Shown: positions 1 to 11,320, counted from the first letter of the stretch. The stretch is DNA of 64,000 bases from an uncultured Clostridium sp. (GCA_946404215.1 CAMJCT010000007.1:1990-65989); one strand, 5' to 3'. Notes: generated by a model not told the origin, from the sequence alone. Made by a program: numbers and translations.

Positions 1-986
1 GAAGTTCCCCATCCACTTTCGTGTATTGCTATTGAAGCTAAAAATATACCATTAATATTATATTTTTTCTCTACGTTGTAAAATGTTGCATAATTCTCTT
101 CAAAAACATTATTAGAATCACTAGGTAAGTTAGTAAATATTTTTTTGTAATCATTTAACGTTAAGCCACTTTCCTTGTTCAAAGGCATATCAATATTTAC
201 TTTTAATAAGATTCTTTGAATTCTATTCTTTTCAACAATATTTGGTGTAGTATAAGAAGAAGTTAGGTCTGAAGTCTTTATATATCCTTCTATATTATCA
301 AAAGCTACTTTGCACCAATCATCATTAGATAAATCAATAAGTTTTACATCTAAGTATTTTTTAATTTCTGCTATATCATTAGAAGAACCATCACCAGATT
401 CTTTTAGAATTCCATCATGAATTAAATATAAGGTATCTCCAACATGAATTTTATGTTTAGATAAAAACTCAGAAGTACCTAAATTAATAATTTTTGGTAC
501 AGGATCTTGTAATTTAACTTTAGACAGAATTATTTCTTCTATAAAGTTTCCGCTATCATATGTTTTTACAACTGTAACATTATCCTTACCCAAAATTCCC
601 TCTTGCATAATTACTTCTTCGCCTTTTGGAAGAGATGGAGTATTGTTGTAGGTTGTTTCAAATTCTACATCACGAGCTTCAGTAACCTGTTCTTTTACTC
701 TATTAATATCCGCGTTTTCAGATATTATATTTTGTATATTTAATCTATGTCTATTTAATTCAAAATTATTATCTATATTATTAGAAACATCAGCTGCTAA
801 ACTTTCTTTAGAAGAAGTGCTTTTAGGGAAGAAAATGGTCATAGCAACTATTAAAATTGAGCAACCAACTATGACATGAGATAATTTCAAATCATTATTT
901 TTGGAAGATACTCTTTTATGTGAATTAGATTTAATATTATTTTTTTGATTTTTTTGCATATTTGTAAAATTATTATCATCCAACAT
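1..986 (-). CDS. Cell-wall hydrolase. Has a TM anchor, a G5 domain, an SH3-like domain and a glucosaminidase domain (..FLASIAIHESGWG..). The start is at 986; the 3' end runs off the window.
   Basis: Manual translation of the minus strand from the ATG at 986, with the RBS GGAGAG upstream. The HESGWG glucosaminidase motif sits at the window edge. A G5-like segment VEFETTY..GILGKDNVTVVKTYDSGNF is present. Confidence 0.55.
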   Translation of the reverse strand, partial: MLDDNNFTNMQKNQKNNIKSNSHKRVSSKNNDLKLSHVIVGCSILIVAMTIFFPKSTSSKESLAADVSNNIDNNFELNRHRLNIQNIISENADINRVKEQVTEARDVEFETTYNNTPSLPKGEEVIMQEGILGKDNVTVVKTYDSGNFIEEIILSKVKLQDPVPKIINLGTSEFLSKHKIHVGDTLYLIHDGILKESGDGSSNDIAEIKKYLDVKLIDLSNDDWCKVAFDNIEGYIKTSDLTSSYTTPNIVEKNRIQRILLKVNIDMPLNKESGLTLNDYKKIFTNLPSDSNNVFEENYATFYNVEKKYNINGIFLASIAIHESGWGT

Positions 987-1101
987 TACAGTTACTCTCC
1001 TTTTTATCTAAAATAATTCAATAATATTATACAACATAAGTAATAAATTGTCTATAAATTATAAAGTAAATTTATATTATATGACAATAAACATAAAATA
1101 C

Positions 1102-1130
1102 TTGCAAATTTTGTAAAATAGTATATAATA
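1102..1130 (+). promoter_or_regulatory. SigA-type promoter for rnc: TTGCAA, 17 nt, ATAATA
   Basis: -35 TTGCAA at 1102-1107, a 17-nt spacer, and -10 ATAATA at 1125-1130. It lies about 35 nt upstream of the rnc start. Confidence 0.4.
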
Positions 1131-1163
1131 TAGTTGTATTATAATTAAGAGGTAGGTGAAAAA

Positions 1164-1826
1164 ATGGACATAGAAAAAAGTATAGGGTATTTTTTTAAAG
1201 ATAAAGATTTATTAAAAAAGGCGTTAACACATACATCATATGCTTATGAAAATAAAGTGGAAAGCAACGAAAAACTAGAGTTTCTAGGAGATAGCATATT
1301 GGAATACATTTCTAGCAAATATATTTATTTAAAATATCCTAAACTAAAAGAAGGAGAAATGACTAAAGTTAGAGCAACAGTTGTTTGTGAAGAAAGTTTA
1401 TACAAAATTGCAAAATTGCATAATTTTAGTGATTTCTTATATCTAGGAAAATCTGAACGTTTATCAGGAGGAAAAAATAGACCCACAATATTAGCAGACA
1501 GTGTTGAAGCTATAATAGCAGCTATATATATTGATGGAGGGCTAGAACAAGCGGAGAAGTTTATTATAGAAAATTTATCAAATGAAATAGAAATAGCTAC
1601 AAAACATGTAGGAATAAAGGATTATAAAACTGTATTACAAGAAAAATTGCAAGAACATGGAGAAGTAAAAATAGAGTACCAAATAACAAAAGAAACAGGA
1701 CCTGATCATGATAAAAAATTTGAAGCGCAAGTAAGCTGTGATGGCAAAGTATTATCAAAAGGAGAAGGAAAAAGCAAAAAAGAAGCACAAATGAATGCTG
1801 CCAAAAAGGCATTAGAAAAGATCTAA
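1164..1826 (+). CDS. rnc: Ribonuclease III
   Basis: 220 aa. Carries the RNase III signature EKLEFLGDSILE and a C-terminal dsRBD. Confidence 0.9.
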   Translation: MDIEKSIGYFFKDKDLLKKALTHTSYAYENKVESNEKLEFLGDSILEYISSKYIYLKYPKLKEGEMTKVRATVVCEESLYKIAKLHNFSDFLYLGKSERLSGGKNRPTILADSVEAIIAAIYIDGGLEQAEKFIIENLSNEIEIATKHVGIKDYKTVLQEKLQEHGEVKIEYQITKETGPDHDKKFEAQVSCDGKVLSKGEGKSKKEAQMNAAKKALEKI

Positions 1827-1845
1827 TAGAAAAGAGGGTAAATCT

Positions 1846-2901
1846 ATGAAAAAGCAATATATAATACCTATATTCGTACCACATTTGGGTTGCCCAAATG
1901 ATTGTATTTTTTGTAATCAAAAATCAATAAGCGGTCAAAAGAAAAACATGACAAAAGAAGAAGCTAAAAAAATAATAGATAATTACCTAAACAGTATAAA
2001 AAATGAAAATAGAATGGTAGAAATTGCTTTTTTTGGAGGGAGTTTTACAGCAATAGAAGAACAAAAGCAAGAAGAATTGTTAGAAGTAGCATATGAATAT
2101 ATACAAAAAGGAAAAGTAGATAGTATTAGAATATCTACAAGACCTGACGCGATAAACAAAGAGACATTAAAAAGATTAAAAAAATATAAAGTAAAAACAA
2201 TTGAACTTGGGGTTCAATCTGCAAATGATTTTATACTAAAAAGATCAAATAGGGGACATACATTTGAAGATGTAAAAAAGGCCTCAAAGTTAATTAGGTG
2301 GTATGGTTTTAAGCTAGGACATCAAATGATGGTAGGACTACCAGAAAGCACTAGAATTGATGAAATAAATACTGCAAAAGCATTAATAAAGCTAAAGCCT
2401 AAGATGATTAGAATTTATCCTGTTCTAGTAATTAAAAACACAAGGTTGGAAGAAGAGTATAAAAAAGGAATATATGAGCCATTATCAGTGGTACAAGCAG
2501 TTGAGACATGCAAAGAATTGGTTAGAATTTTTGTTGATAGTCATGTAGAAGTTATAAGAATAGGACTTCAAAATACTGATGAAATATCAGAGCCTGGAAA
2601 AGAAAAAAGTGAGGTTGTAGCAGGACCTTATCACCCGGCTTTCAGGCAACTTGTAGAATCTGCTTTGTGGTATGATGCAATAGTATCAAAAATTAAAAAA
2701 TTAAATGTAAAAGTTAAAGAAGCACAGGTTTTAGTTAATCCTATTGATAGCAATAATGTAATTGGACATAAGAGAGAAAACATCTTGAAATTAAAAGAAA
2801 TATATGATGTAGATATAAAAGTTAAACAAGATAAAAGAATAAAACAAGGCAAGTCCAAAATAAAAGTACTGAAAACATACGAAGATTTCCTACAAGCATA
2901 A
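1846..2901 (+). CDS. Radical SAM protein (ELP3-like, TIGR01212-type)
   Basis: CxxxCxxC motif CPNDCIFCNQ near the N-terminus. 351 aa. Conserved position after rnc. Confidence 0.6.
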   Translation: MKKQYIIPIFVPHLGCPNDCIFCNQKSISGQKKNMTKEEAKKIIDNYLNSIKNENRMVEIAFFGGSFTAIEEQKQEELLEVAYEYIQKGKVDSIRISTRPDAINKETLKRLKKYKVKTIELGVQSANDFILKRSNRGHTFEDVKKASKLIRWYGFKLGHQMMVGLPESTRIDEINTAKALIKLKPKMIRIYPVLVIKNTRLEEEYKKGIYEPLSVVQAVETCKELVRIFVDSHVEVIRIGLQNTDEISEPGKEKSEVVAGPYHPAFRQLVESALWYDAIVSKIKKLNVKVKEAQVLVNPIDSNNVIGHKRENILKLKEIYDVDIKVKQDKRIKQGKSKIKVLKTYEDFLQA

Positions 2902-2963
2902 TACAAAAAGTAACAAAGAATAAAATCACTTTTTATGTAAAGAATACTAATAAAGGTGATTTT

Positions 2964-3831
2964 ATGTATTTTGAAGAAAGATATAATTTTAAAAATATAT
3001 CAATAGAGATATTAAAAACAATAATAGGCTCATTTATAATGGCTTTTGGGATATCTCTATTTCTTTTACCAAATGAACTTTCATCAGGAGGAATAAGTGG
3101 AATTGCTACAATAACATATTATTTATTTAATATTCCAATGGGAAAGATGATTTTAATAATAAATATACCCCTGTTTTTGTTTTCATTTTATAAAATAGGA
3201 AAGTTATTTTTTATAAAATCCGTAATAGGAACAGTTACGTTGTCGTTTTTTATAGATATGCTAGATAATTATAAACCATTAACAAATGATAAATTTTTAG
3301 CATGCATATATGGGGGAATAATAATAGGCTTACGGAACAGCAATTGTATTAAAGTCAAATTCTTCAACAGGAGGGACAGACTTAATTAGCAATATAGCAA
3401 AAGAATATAAGCCAACAATACGAATGGGAAGAAGTATTCTTATAATGGATATTGTAATAATTACTTTAAACGTTTTCTTCTTAGGAAAAATTGAAATAGG
3501 ATTATATTCTGCAATAGCAATTTATTTAATGGGAAAAATGATAGACATTTTATTTGAGGGAATATACTTTACAAAGCTAGTAGTAATAATATCTGATAAG
3601 ACTGAAATAATAGCAAAAGAAATTGGAGAGAAAGTAAAAAGAGGGACAACAGGTCTTTATGGTAAAGGAATGTATACAAATGAAAAAAAACTAGTATTAA
3701 TATGTGCAGCTTCAAGAGGTGATATTAGCAAAATTAAAACATCTGCAAGAAAAATAGATAGGGAAAGTTTTATAATTGTAATTAATTCAAGAGAAGTATT
3801 GGGACTAGGGTTTAAAAAAATACCTAGTTAA
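2964..3831 (+). pseudogene. YitT-family membrane protein (DUF161/DUF2179), interrupted by a +1 frameshift (extra C at 3333)
   Basis: ORFs 2964..3389 and 3424..3831 join into a single YitT-like protein if the C at 3333 is removed: ..GIIIGLGTAIVLKSNSSTGGTDLISN.., including the STGGTD motif. Confidence 0.7.
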
Positions 3832-3861
3832 ATATATGAAAATATTTAAAGAAGTAGTATA

Positions 3862-4749
3862 ATGGTAAAGGAGAATTATGTGAAAGAGCAAAAATATATA
3901 ATGGAAAGCGTAGATTCTTTCGAACTTAAACATATATTTGAATGTGGACAATGCTTTAGGTGGAATTTACAAGAAGATGGGAGTTATACAGGAGTTTTTT
4001 TAAATAATGTGTTAAATGTTAAAAAGGAAAAAGGTAAAATAGTATTTGAAGGAATTTGCGAAAAAGATATAGAAAAAACAGTAAAAGATTATTTTGATTT
4101 AAATAGAGATTATAAAAATATAAAGCAAAAATTAGTATTAATAGATGAATACATGAAAAAAAGTATTTATTATGGGAATGGCATCAGGATTTTAAACCAA
4201 GATTTATGGGAAACAATAATATCATTTATTATTTCAGCCAATAATAATATTCCTAGAATTAAAGGAATAATAGAAAGACTATGTAAAAATTATGGTAAAA
4301 AAATTACTTGGAAAGAAAATGAATATTACACTTTTCCTACAGCAGAAATGTTAAAAGATGTAACAGTTGAAGAATATAGAAAACTGGGGTTGGGATTTAG
4401 AGATATAAGAGTATATGAAACGACTCATAAGATATTAAACAAAGAAGATAACTACTTGTATAAACTTAAAAATAATCCTAATACAAATGAAGTAAGAGAA
4501 GAACTTCTTAAATTATCTGGAGTAGGACCTAAAGTTGCAGATTGTATATTATTATTTTCCGATTTGAAAAGATTTGAAGTGTTTCCAGTAGATGTTTGGG
4601 TAAGAAGAGTAATAAACGATTTATATATACATAATGAAAACGAAAATAAAGTAAGCAAAAAGCAAATTGAAACTATAGCAAAAGAAAAATTTGGAAATTT
4701 AGCAGGAATAGCTCAACAGTATTTATTTTATTGGAGAAGAGAGGCATAA
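3862..4749 (+). CDS. ogg: 8-oxoguanine DNA glycosylase / AP lyase (HhH-GPD family)
   Basis: HhH-GPD motif LSGVGPKVADCILLFS followed by the catalytic Asp region. 295 aa. Confidence 0.65.
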   Translation: MVKENYVKEQKYIMESVDSFELKHIFECGQCFRWNLQEDGSYTGVFLNNVLNVKKEKGKIVFEGICEKDIEKTVKDYFDLNRDYKNIKQKLVLIDEYMKKSIYYGNGIRILNQDLWETIISFIISANNNIPRIKGIIERLCKNYGKKITWKENEYYTFPTAEMLKDVTVEEYRKLGLGFRDIRVYETTHKILNKEDNYLYKLKNNPNTNEVREELLKLSGVGPKVADCILLFSDLKRFEVFPVDVWVRRVINDLYIHNENENKVSKKQIETIAKEKFGNLAGIAQQYLFYWRREA

Positions 4750-4804
4750 ATCTGGAAAAAGAATAATACTTTATAAATTGATTAAGTAAGGAGAAAACTG
4801 TAAA

Positions 4805-7800
4805 ATGGGACTAAGAATTATATATGGAAAGCCAGGAAGCGGAAAAAGTGAATTTTGTTTTTCTGAAATCGCAGCGTTGTTAGAAAAAAATAAAAAAATA
4901 TATATGATTACGCCAGAACAGTTTTCCTTTACAGCAGAAAAAAAATTAATGGAAGCGGCAAAATCAAAATCAGTTATTAATGCAGAAGTTGTTACATTAA
5001 GCAGAATGGCATATAGGGTATTAAATGAAATTGGTGGAGCAAGAAGAATACAATTATCCAAAAGTGGCAAATCTATGATAATATATTCTATTTTAGATAA
5101 ATATAAAAACCAGCTAAATTTTCTGGGAAAAACAGATGAGAATATTGAGATTGGCGTAACAGCTATTACAGAGTTTAAAAAGCATGGAGTGAGTATAAAA
5201 GATTTAAAAGAAGAAAAAGATAAAGTAGAAGACAAATATCTAAAATATAAAATAGAAGATATGATATTAGTTTATGAGAAATTCGAAGAATACATAGACC
5301 AAAAATATTTAGAAAATACGGATTTATTAACTATACTTGCAAATGAGATTATAAAGACAGATATAGTAAAAGATAGCATTATTTATCTAGATGAATTTTC
5401 AGGGTTTACAAAACAAGAATATGAAGTATTAAAACAATTTATAAATCAAGCTGAACAAGTAAATATTACAGTTTGCACAGACAATTTAGAAATGAGCTCA
5501 AACCCAGATAGCGACATATTTTACTCAAATAAAAAAACAGTGTCCAAAATTCTAAATATTGTAAAAAGTTGCAACTATAAATTAGAAGAACCAGTAAATC
5601 TTAAGTATATTTATAGATTTAAAAATGAAGAACTAATGCACTTAAGCCAAAATATATGTAGCGCAAAATCCACAGTATATAAAAAAGATGTGGAAAACAT
5701 AGATTTATTTTTAGCCTCAAATGCATATCATGAGGTTGAAAAAGTAGCAAAAGAAATTGTCAAACTAGTAAGATATGAAAAATTGAGATATAGAGATATA
5801 GCTATTATAACTAAAAATATTGAAGAATATGCATCCTTAGTAAGAGCAATTTTTAGTAAATACGAAATACCAATTTTTATAGACGAGAATAGAGATTTAA
5901 ATCAGAATATAATAGTACAATATATATTATCTATTTTAGAGATATTAGTAAGTAATTTCTCGGCAGAAGCAGTTTTTAACTATATAAAAATAGGATTTTT
6001 CGATATACATAAAGATGAAATATTTGAATTAGAAAACTATTGTACTAAATGGGGAATAAAGCAAAATAAGTGGAAAAGAGATTTTAAATATGAATTTGAT
6101 GATGAAAGTAAAAAACAGAAAATAGAAAGAATGAACCAGATAAGAAAACAAATAATAGATCCACTTTTAAATTTAAAAGAAAATATAGAAAAAGAAAAGA
6201 CCATATTAAATGTTACAAAGTGTTTATATAACTTTCTACAAGAGCAGGAAATAGAAAAAAAAATAAATATTAAAATAAAGGATTTAAACAAAAATGGATT
6301 AGTTGATTTGGCAAATGAGTATATGTCAAGTTATAAAATAGTTCTAGAAATTATGGATGAAATTGCCCTTATATTTAAGAACCAAAAAATAGGTATTGAT
6401 AAGTATAGTAAAGTATTAAAGATAGGGTTAAAAAATAGTAGCTTAAGAAAAATTCCAGGAACTCAAGATCAAGTTACATTGGGAAATATAGACAGATCTA
6501 GAAGTCACAAAGTTAAAGCAGTATTTATAATAGGGTTAAACGACGGTGTATTTCCAAGTGTGAACAACAATGAAGGTTTTTTTAACGATTTAGACAGAGA
6601 AATGTTAAAAATAGATGGAATAGAACTTGCCAATGGTACAATTGACAATTTATATGAGGATAACTTTAATATATATAAAGCATTTACAACAGCAGAACAA
6701 TTTTTATTTTTGTCATATTGTTCAACAGATAAAGAAGGAAAATCATTAAGACCATCAATATTAATACATAAAATAAAAAAAATGTACCCAAAGTTAATAG
6801 AAGAAAGCTATGTAAAAGAAAAAAAATATGAACTAGTAAACAAAGAAATTGCATATGAACAGTTACTAGAAAAAATTTCAAAATTAAAGAGAAAAGAAGA
6901 AATAGAGGATATATGGTATGAATTATATTCATACTATAAATCAAAACATGATTGGAATAATAAGTTAGAAAATGATTTTAAGGGGTTAAAATATACCAAT
7001 ATTCCTTCAGATATTAAAAAGAAAAATATTGATAAGCTATATGGAAATATATTTAATACAAGCGTATCAAAGTTAGAAAGGTACAGAAGTTGTCCATTTT
7101 CATACTATTTACAATATGGACTAAGAATACAAGAAAAAGAAGAATTAAAAATACATACATTTGATACAGGTTCATTTATGCATGAGACAATCGATAAATT
7201 TTTTGAAAAGATAAATAAGGACAATATAGAATTAATAGATTTGGATGAAGAAACTGTATATAGTATTGTATCAGATATAGTTGAAGAGAACCTGAAATTA
7301 AGTAAAAATATAGTTTTTACCGCAACTGTAAAATATAAAATACTAGTTAGAAGATTAAAAAGAATAATAAGCAAAGCACTAAAATACATTATTCAAACAT
7401 TGATGTATAGTGATTTTAAAATAGAAGGAACAGAGGTTGAATTTAATAAAAAAGGCAGATATAAACCAATAGTTATAAAACTTGACAATGGAAAAAGTAT
7501 CGAAATAACAGGAAAAATAGATAGACTAGATATGGCAAAAAACGAAGATGGAAAATACTTAAGAATAATAGATTATAAATCATCTGCAAAAAATATAGAT
7601 TTAAATGAAGTGTATGCAGGATTGCAAATACAATTATTAACATATACAGATGCAATTTGTAAAGAAGAAGATATAATGCCTGCGGGAATATTTTATTTTT
7701 CACTACTTGAGCAAATGGTAAATACAAATAAAAAAATATCAGATGACGAAATAGAAGAAATGATAAGGAAAAACTTTAGGATGAAGGGGCTAATTTTAGC

Positions 7801-8176
7801 AGATGTAAAAGTGATAAAAATGAATGATAATACTTTGTCGTCTGGAAGATCTAAAATAGTTCCAGCTGCAATTACATCATCTGGAGCTGTAAATGAAAAA
7901 TGGACTAATGGTGTAAGTAAAGATGAGTTTAAAATTTTACAGGAATATATTTCAGTAACTATAAAGCAAATATCAAAAGAGATATTGAGTGGAAAAATAG
8001 AATTAAAACCATATAACAAAAAGGGAAAGACACCATGTGAATATTGTAGTTATAAAGTAATATGCGGTTTTAATCCAAAGCAATCAAATAATACATATAA
8101 TTATATAGACAAAAAAGAAAAAGATCAAATAATTAAAAATATGGAAAAAGAAATTTTAAAGAATAAAACAGATTAA
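4805..8176 (+). CDS. addB: ATP-dependent helicase/deoxyribonuclease subunit B (AddB)
   Basis: 1123 aa. N-terminal Walker A GKPGSGKS. C-terminal Fe-S nuclease cysteines (C..CEYCSYKVIC). Confidence 0.85.
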   Translation: MGLRIIYGKPGSGKSEFCFSEIAALLEKNKKIYMITPEQFSFTAEKKLMEAAKSKSVINAEVVTLSRMAYRVLNEIGGARRIQLSKSGKSMIIYSILDKYKNQLNFLGKTDENIEIGVTAITEFKKHGVSIKDLKEEKDKVEDKYLKYKIEDMILVYEKFEEYIDQKYLENTDLLTILANEIIKTDIVKDSIIYLDEFSGFTKQEYEVLKQFINQAEQVNITVCTDNLEMSSNPDSDIFYSNKKTVSKILNIVKSCNYKLEEPVNLKYIYRFKNEELMHLSQNICSAKSTVYKKDVENIDLFLASNAYHEVEKVAKEIVKLVRYEKLRYRDIAIITKNIEEYASLVRAIFSKYEIPIFIDENRDLNQNIIVQYILSILEILVSNFSAEAVFNYIKIGFFDIHKDEIFELENYCTKWGIKQNKWKRDFKYEFDDESKKQKIERMNQIRKQIIDPLLNLKENIEKEKTILNVTKCLYNFLQEQEIEKKINIKIKDLNKNGLVDLANEYMSSYKIVLEIMDEIALIFKNQKIGIDKYSKVLKIGLKNSSLRKIPGTQDQVTLGNIDRSRSHKVKAVFIIGLNDGVFPSVNNNEGFFNDLDREMLKIDGIELANGTIDNLYEDNFNIYKAFTTAEQFLFLSYCSTDKEGKSLRPSILIHKIKKMYPKLIEESYVKEKKYELVNKEIAYEQLLEKISKLKRKEEIEDIWYELYSYYKSKHDWNNKLENDFKGLKYTNIPSDIKKKNIDKLYGNIFNTSVSKLERYRSCPFSYYLQYGLRIQEKEELKIHTFDTGSFMHETIDKFFEKINKDNIELIDLDEETVYSIVSDIVEENLKLSKNIVFTATVKYKILVRRLKRIISKALKYIIQTLMYSDFKIEGTEVEFNKKGRYKPIVIKLDNGKSIEITGKIDRLDMAKNEDGKYLRIIDYKSSAKNIDLNEVYAGLQIQLLTYTDAICKEEDIMPAGIFYFSLLEQMVNTNKKISDDEIEEMIRKNFRMKGLILADVKVIKMNDNTLSSGRSKIVPAAITSSGAVNEKWTNGVSKDEFKILQEYISVTIKQISKEILSGKIELKPYNKKGKTPCEYCSYKVICGFNPKQSNNTYNYIDKKEKDQIIKNMEKEILKNKTD

Positions 8177-8229
8177 ATTCATAAAAAGTGATAGATAAAT
8201 AGAAGTAGAATTATAGAGAGGAAAACAAG

Positions 8230-8777
8230 ATGTACGAAACATGGGAAGAATTAGAAAAATCTATTATAAATTGTAATAAATGTAAATTATACAAAGGAAG
8301 ACAAAATATAGTATTTGGAACAGGAAATAAAGAAGCCCAAATAATGTTTATAGGAGAAGGACCAGGAGCAGATGAGGACAGACTTCGGAGAGCCTTTTGT
8401 TGGAAGAGCAGGAAAACTAATGAATATGGCATTTCAAACAGTTGGAATAAAAAGGGAAGAAATATATATAGCAAATATAGTTAAATGCAGACCACCAGCA
8501 AATAGAGAACCAGAAGATGATGAGGCAACAGCATGCCTAAATTATCTTAGAAATCAAGTTATTTTAGTAAAGCCCAAAATAATAGTATTACTTCGGGAGG
8601 GTAGCTTTAAAAAACATTTTAGGAAAAAAATATAGTATAACTGAAACTAGGGGAAAATGGATAGAAAAAAAAGGAATAAAGTATATGCCTACATGGCATC
8701 CAGCAGCACTTTTAAGAGATGAAAACAAAAAGATAGACTTTATAAAAGATTTAAAATTAGTAATGCAAGAAAAATAG
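8230..8777 (+). pseudogene. Uracil-DNA glycosylase family 4, interrupted by two +1 frameshifts (extra C at 8386 and at 8594)
   Basis: Three frames join into a UDG4 sequence: ..[23 protein letters not shown].. then ..KPKIIVLLGRVALKNILGKKYSITETRGKW..HPAALLRDENKK. Confidence 0.7.
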
Positions 8778-8864
8778 AGATAATGTTAGGAATTTATTAT
8801 TCAATCATTTTTTATAAGATAGTATAAATAATAATAATTACAATATATATTTTAGGAGAATATA

Positions 8865-10142
8865 ATGAAAACAATAGAAGAAATTAAAGAAAAAGCAAAT
8901 TATTGTCTGAACTGTAAATTAAAACCTTGTTCGAGCAAAGGTTGTCCTTTAGGGAATAATATACCTCAATTTATAGAAAAAATAAAAAAAGGAAATTATG
9001 AAGAAGCATATAAACTATTATCTGAGACAACTGTCTTGCCAGGTGTTTGTGGAAGAATATGCCCTCATGAAAAACAGTGTCAGGGTTCATGCGTAAGGGC
9101 TGTTAAAGGAGACTCTGTAGCTATAGGAGAATTGGAAACATTTATTTCTGACAAATTTTCAGAAGATGAAAATAGTTTGCTAAGAGTATGCAATTTAGAT
9201 GGCATTAAAATAAAAAATAATAATATAAAAAAAGTTGCCGTAGTTGGCTCAGGTCCTGCAGGGCTTACATGTAGTGCTTTTCTTGCAAGGAGCGGAATAG
9301 AAGTTACGATATTTGAAAAATATAACTATTTGGGAGGACTATTGGTACATGGGATTCCAGACTTTAGATTGCCAAAAAAAATAGTAACTGAAAATATAAA
9401 AAAAATATTGAAACTAGGAATTAAAGTGCAATATAACATTGAGCTGGGAAAAGATATTAATTTAGAATATTTATTAGGACAATATGACGCAGTTTTTTTA
9501 GGAATAGGTGCAAATGTATCATTAAAAATGGGAATACCAGGAGAAAATTTAAGAGGAGTATATGGAGGAAATGAACTTCTAGAACATAATTTGCATCCAG
9601 ATTACACAGGAAAAACTGTATCTGTAATAGGTGGGGGAAATGTGGCAATGGATTGTGCCAGGACAATTAAAAGGTTAGGCGCAAAAAAAGTAAATGTAAT
9701 TTATAGAAGAGCAAAAGAGCAAATGCCAGCAGAAGCAAAAGAAGTAAGAGATGCAATTAATGAAGGAATTAATTTTATATATCAAAATAATCTTTTAAAA
9801 ATTTTTGGAAAAGATAAGGTGGAAAACATAGAGTTAATAAAAACTAGATTAGTTAAAAAAGATAGTGATACAAGATTGGTTCCGGTAAATATAGAAGAAA
9901 GCAACTACACTATAAATACAGATTTTGTAGTAATGGCATTAGGTTCTGTGCCTCACCCAGTTGTAAGTAAATTAGGGTTAGACACCAATAAATGGGGAAA
10001 TGTAGTAATTAATGAAAAATATCAAACCTCAAATCCTAAAATTTATGCTGGAGGGGATTTGTCAGGAACAAAATCAACAGTTGCATGGGCAGCATATTCG
10101 GGAAGGGAAGCAGCAAGAAATATTATAGAAAATATACAATAG
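8865..10142 (+). CDS. NAD(P)H-dependent oxidoreductase, like the glutamate synthase small subunit or sulfide dehydrogenase alpha (GltD/SudA family)
   Basis: N-terminal 4Fe-4S cysteine cluster. GxGxxG motif VAVVGSGPAGLTCSAF, plus a second NAD-binding fold. 425 aa. Confidence 0.7.
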   Translation: MKTIEEIKEKANYCLNCKLKPCSSKGCPLGNNIPQFIEKIKKGNYEEAYKLLSETTVLPGVCGRICPHEKQCQGSCVRAVKGDSVAIGELETFISDKFSEDENSLLRVCNLDGIKIKNNNIKKVAVVGSGPAGLTCSAFLARSGIEVTIFEKYNYLGGLLVHGIPDFRLPKKIVTENIKKILKLGIKVQYNIELGKDINLEYLLGQYDAVFLGIGANVSLKMGIPGENLRGVYGGNELLEHNLHPDYTGKTVSVIGGGNVAMDCARTIKRLGAKKVNVIYRRAKEQMPAEAKEVRDAINEGINFIYQNNLLKIFGKDKVENIELIKTRLVKKDSDTRLVPVNIEESNYTINTDFVVMALGSVPHPVVSKLGLDTNKWGNVVINEKYQTSNPKIYAGGDLSGTKSTVAWAAYSGREAARNIIENIQ

Positions 10143-10163
10143 TAAAGCTAATTGTATAAAAGA

Positions 10164-10205
10164 AAATCCGCCAAATTGGTATATATAAACTAATTTGACG
10201 GATTT
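10164..10205. terminator. Bidirectional rho-independent terminator hairpin between convergent genes
   Basis: AATCCGCCAAATT pairs with AATTTGACGGATT across a 13-nt loop. A and T runs follow on both sides. Confidence 0.45.
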
Positions 10206-10222
10206 ATTAAAATAAAAAATTA

Positions 10223-11320
10223 TTAATAATTTGTTTCGTTATTAAACTGAGCTGTAACAAGTTTTTTTATAGAGTGAAACAATCTAATAAAAATATTTTC
10301 TTTTTTTGTTAAGAGTTTTAAAGATGTTTGTATATCTCCATTTTCTAACATATTATATTTAGTTTCTAATTCTTCCATTTTAGACACATAATAATCATTG
10401 AAAAAAGTATAGCCATCAGTATGACCTAAGTAATCTTTAAAAGAATACAATTTTCTTCTATATGTTTCTACATCCTCTAGAGTTGATATGGTATTAAAGG
10501 TATTATCAAAATAACTAGAAATTATTATATTTTGTGTTTTCATAAATGTTAAGGATATTTTTCTCTTTAATTGATTAATATTTTCCACTAAGCCGTCAAC
10601 TCTTTTATTTTTATCATCTATTTCAAAAATTTTGCTATTTAACTGTATTATTTTTTCTTCATAAGAAAGTATATTGTCAATATTATTTTGTATATTTACA
10701 AAATTTTTAGGTGTTATATACTTACATAAAATGTTTTTAAAGTTGTCATCACTATTTATAGTACTTTTAAATAAAATATCTTCACCAACCAGATAAGCTA
10801 ACTGGCTAACTAAGCAACATTCAAGAGGATAGTAAGAAGGGCTTATTGTTTGAAAACTAATATTATAATATTTAACATATTCATTAGGAATACCATTTAT
10901 TTTTGAAGACATTAATTGTACTGCAGCTTCATTTAGACCAAGACCATGTATTTTAAATTCAGTATAATCGCAAAGACCCATTTTTATTAAATAGTTTTTT
11001 TTGTCTTTTACTTCTTGAAGATAATGAATACATTCATGAACAGCAAACTCTTCTAAATCCTCATCAGATATATGTTCATTAAAATAAATAGAATTATTTT
11101 TATAAAAGTAATTAGCTTCAGCCATACCTTCTGGAATTTTAGCCTTATACATATTTAATCTAGATAATTTAATAAACAATGCATTTTGGCTTAATCCAAA
11201 TTGTGGAAATGTCTCACATATTTTCATGGATACATTTCTAGCCAAAGAGTTAATTGTTAAAGTATCTAATTTTTTTGTAATTTCAATTCCATCTTTCTTT
11301 AAATCAGATTCAATACTCAT
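10223..11320 (-). CDS. Hypothetical protein with an HExxH motif (putative zinc metallopeptidase)
   Basis: 365 aa. Motif FAVHECIHYLQE. No other recognisable domains. Confidence 0.4.
   Translation of the reverse strand: MSIESDLKKDGIEITKKLDTLTINSLARNVSMKICETFPQFGLSQNALFIKLSRLNMYKAKIPEGMAEANYFYKNNSIYFNEHISDEDLEEFAVHECIHYLQEVKDKKNYLIKMGLCDYTEFKIHGLGLNEAAVQLMSSKINGIPNEYVKYYNISFQTISPSYYPLECCLVSQLAYLVGEDILFKSTINSDDNFKNILCKYITPKNFVNIQNNIDNILSYEEKIIQLNSKIFEIDDKNKRVDGLVENINQLKRKISLTFMKTQNIIISSYFDNTFNTISTLEDVETYRRKLYSFKDYLGHTDGYTFFNDYYVSKMEELETKYNMLENGDIQTSLKLLTKKENIFIRLFHSIKKLVTAQFNNETNY

Noticed and set aside
10099-10101. TTCGGGA in the GltD-like gene as a possible C insertion
   Set aside because: The CGG is out of frame (tat-tcg-gga, giving ..AAYSGREAA..) and the ORF is intact. 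The same holds for other out-of-frame TCGGA and ACGGA strings.
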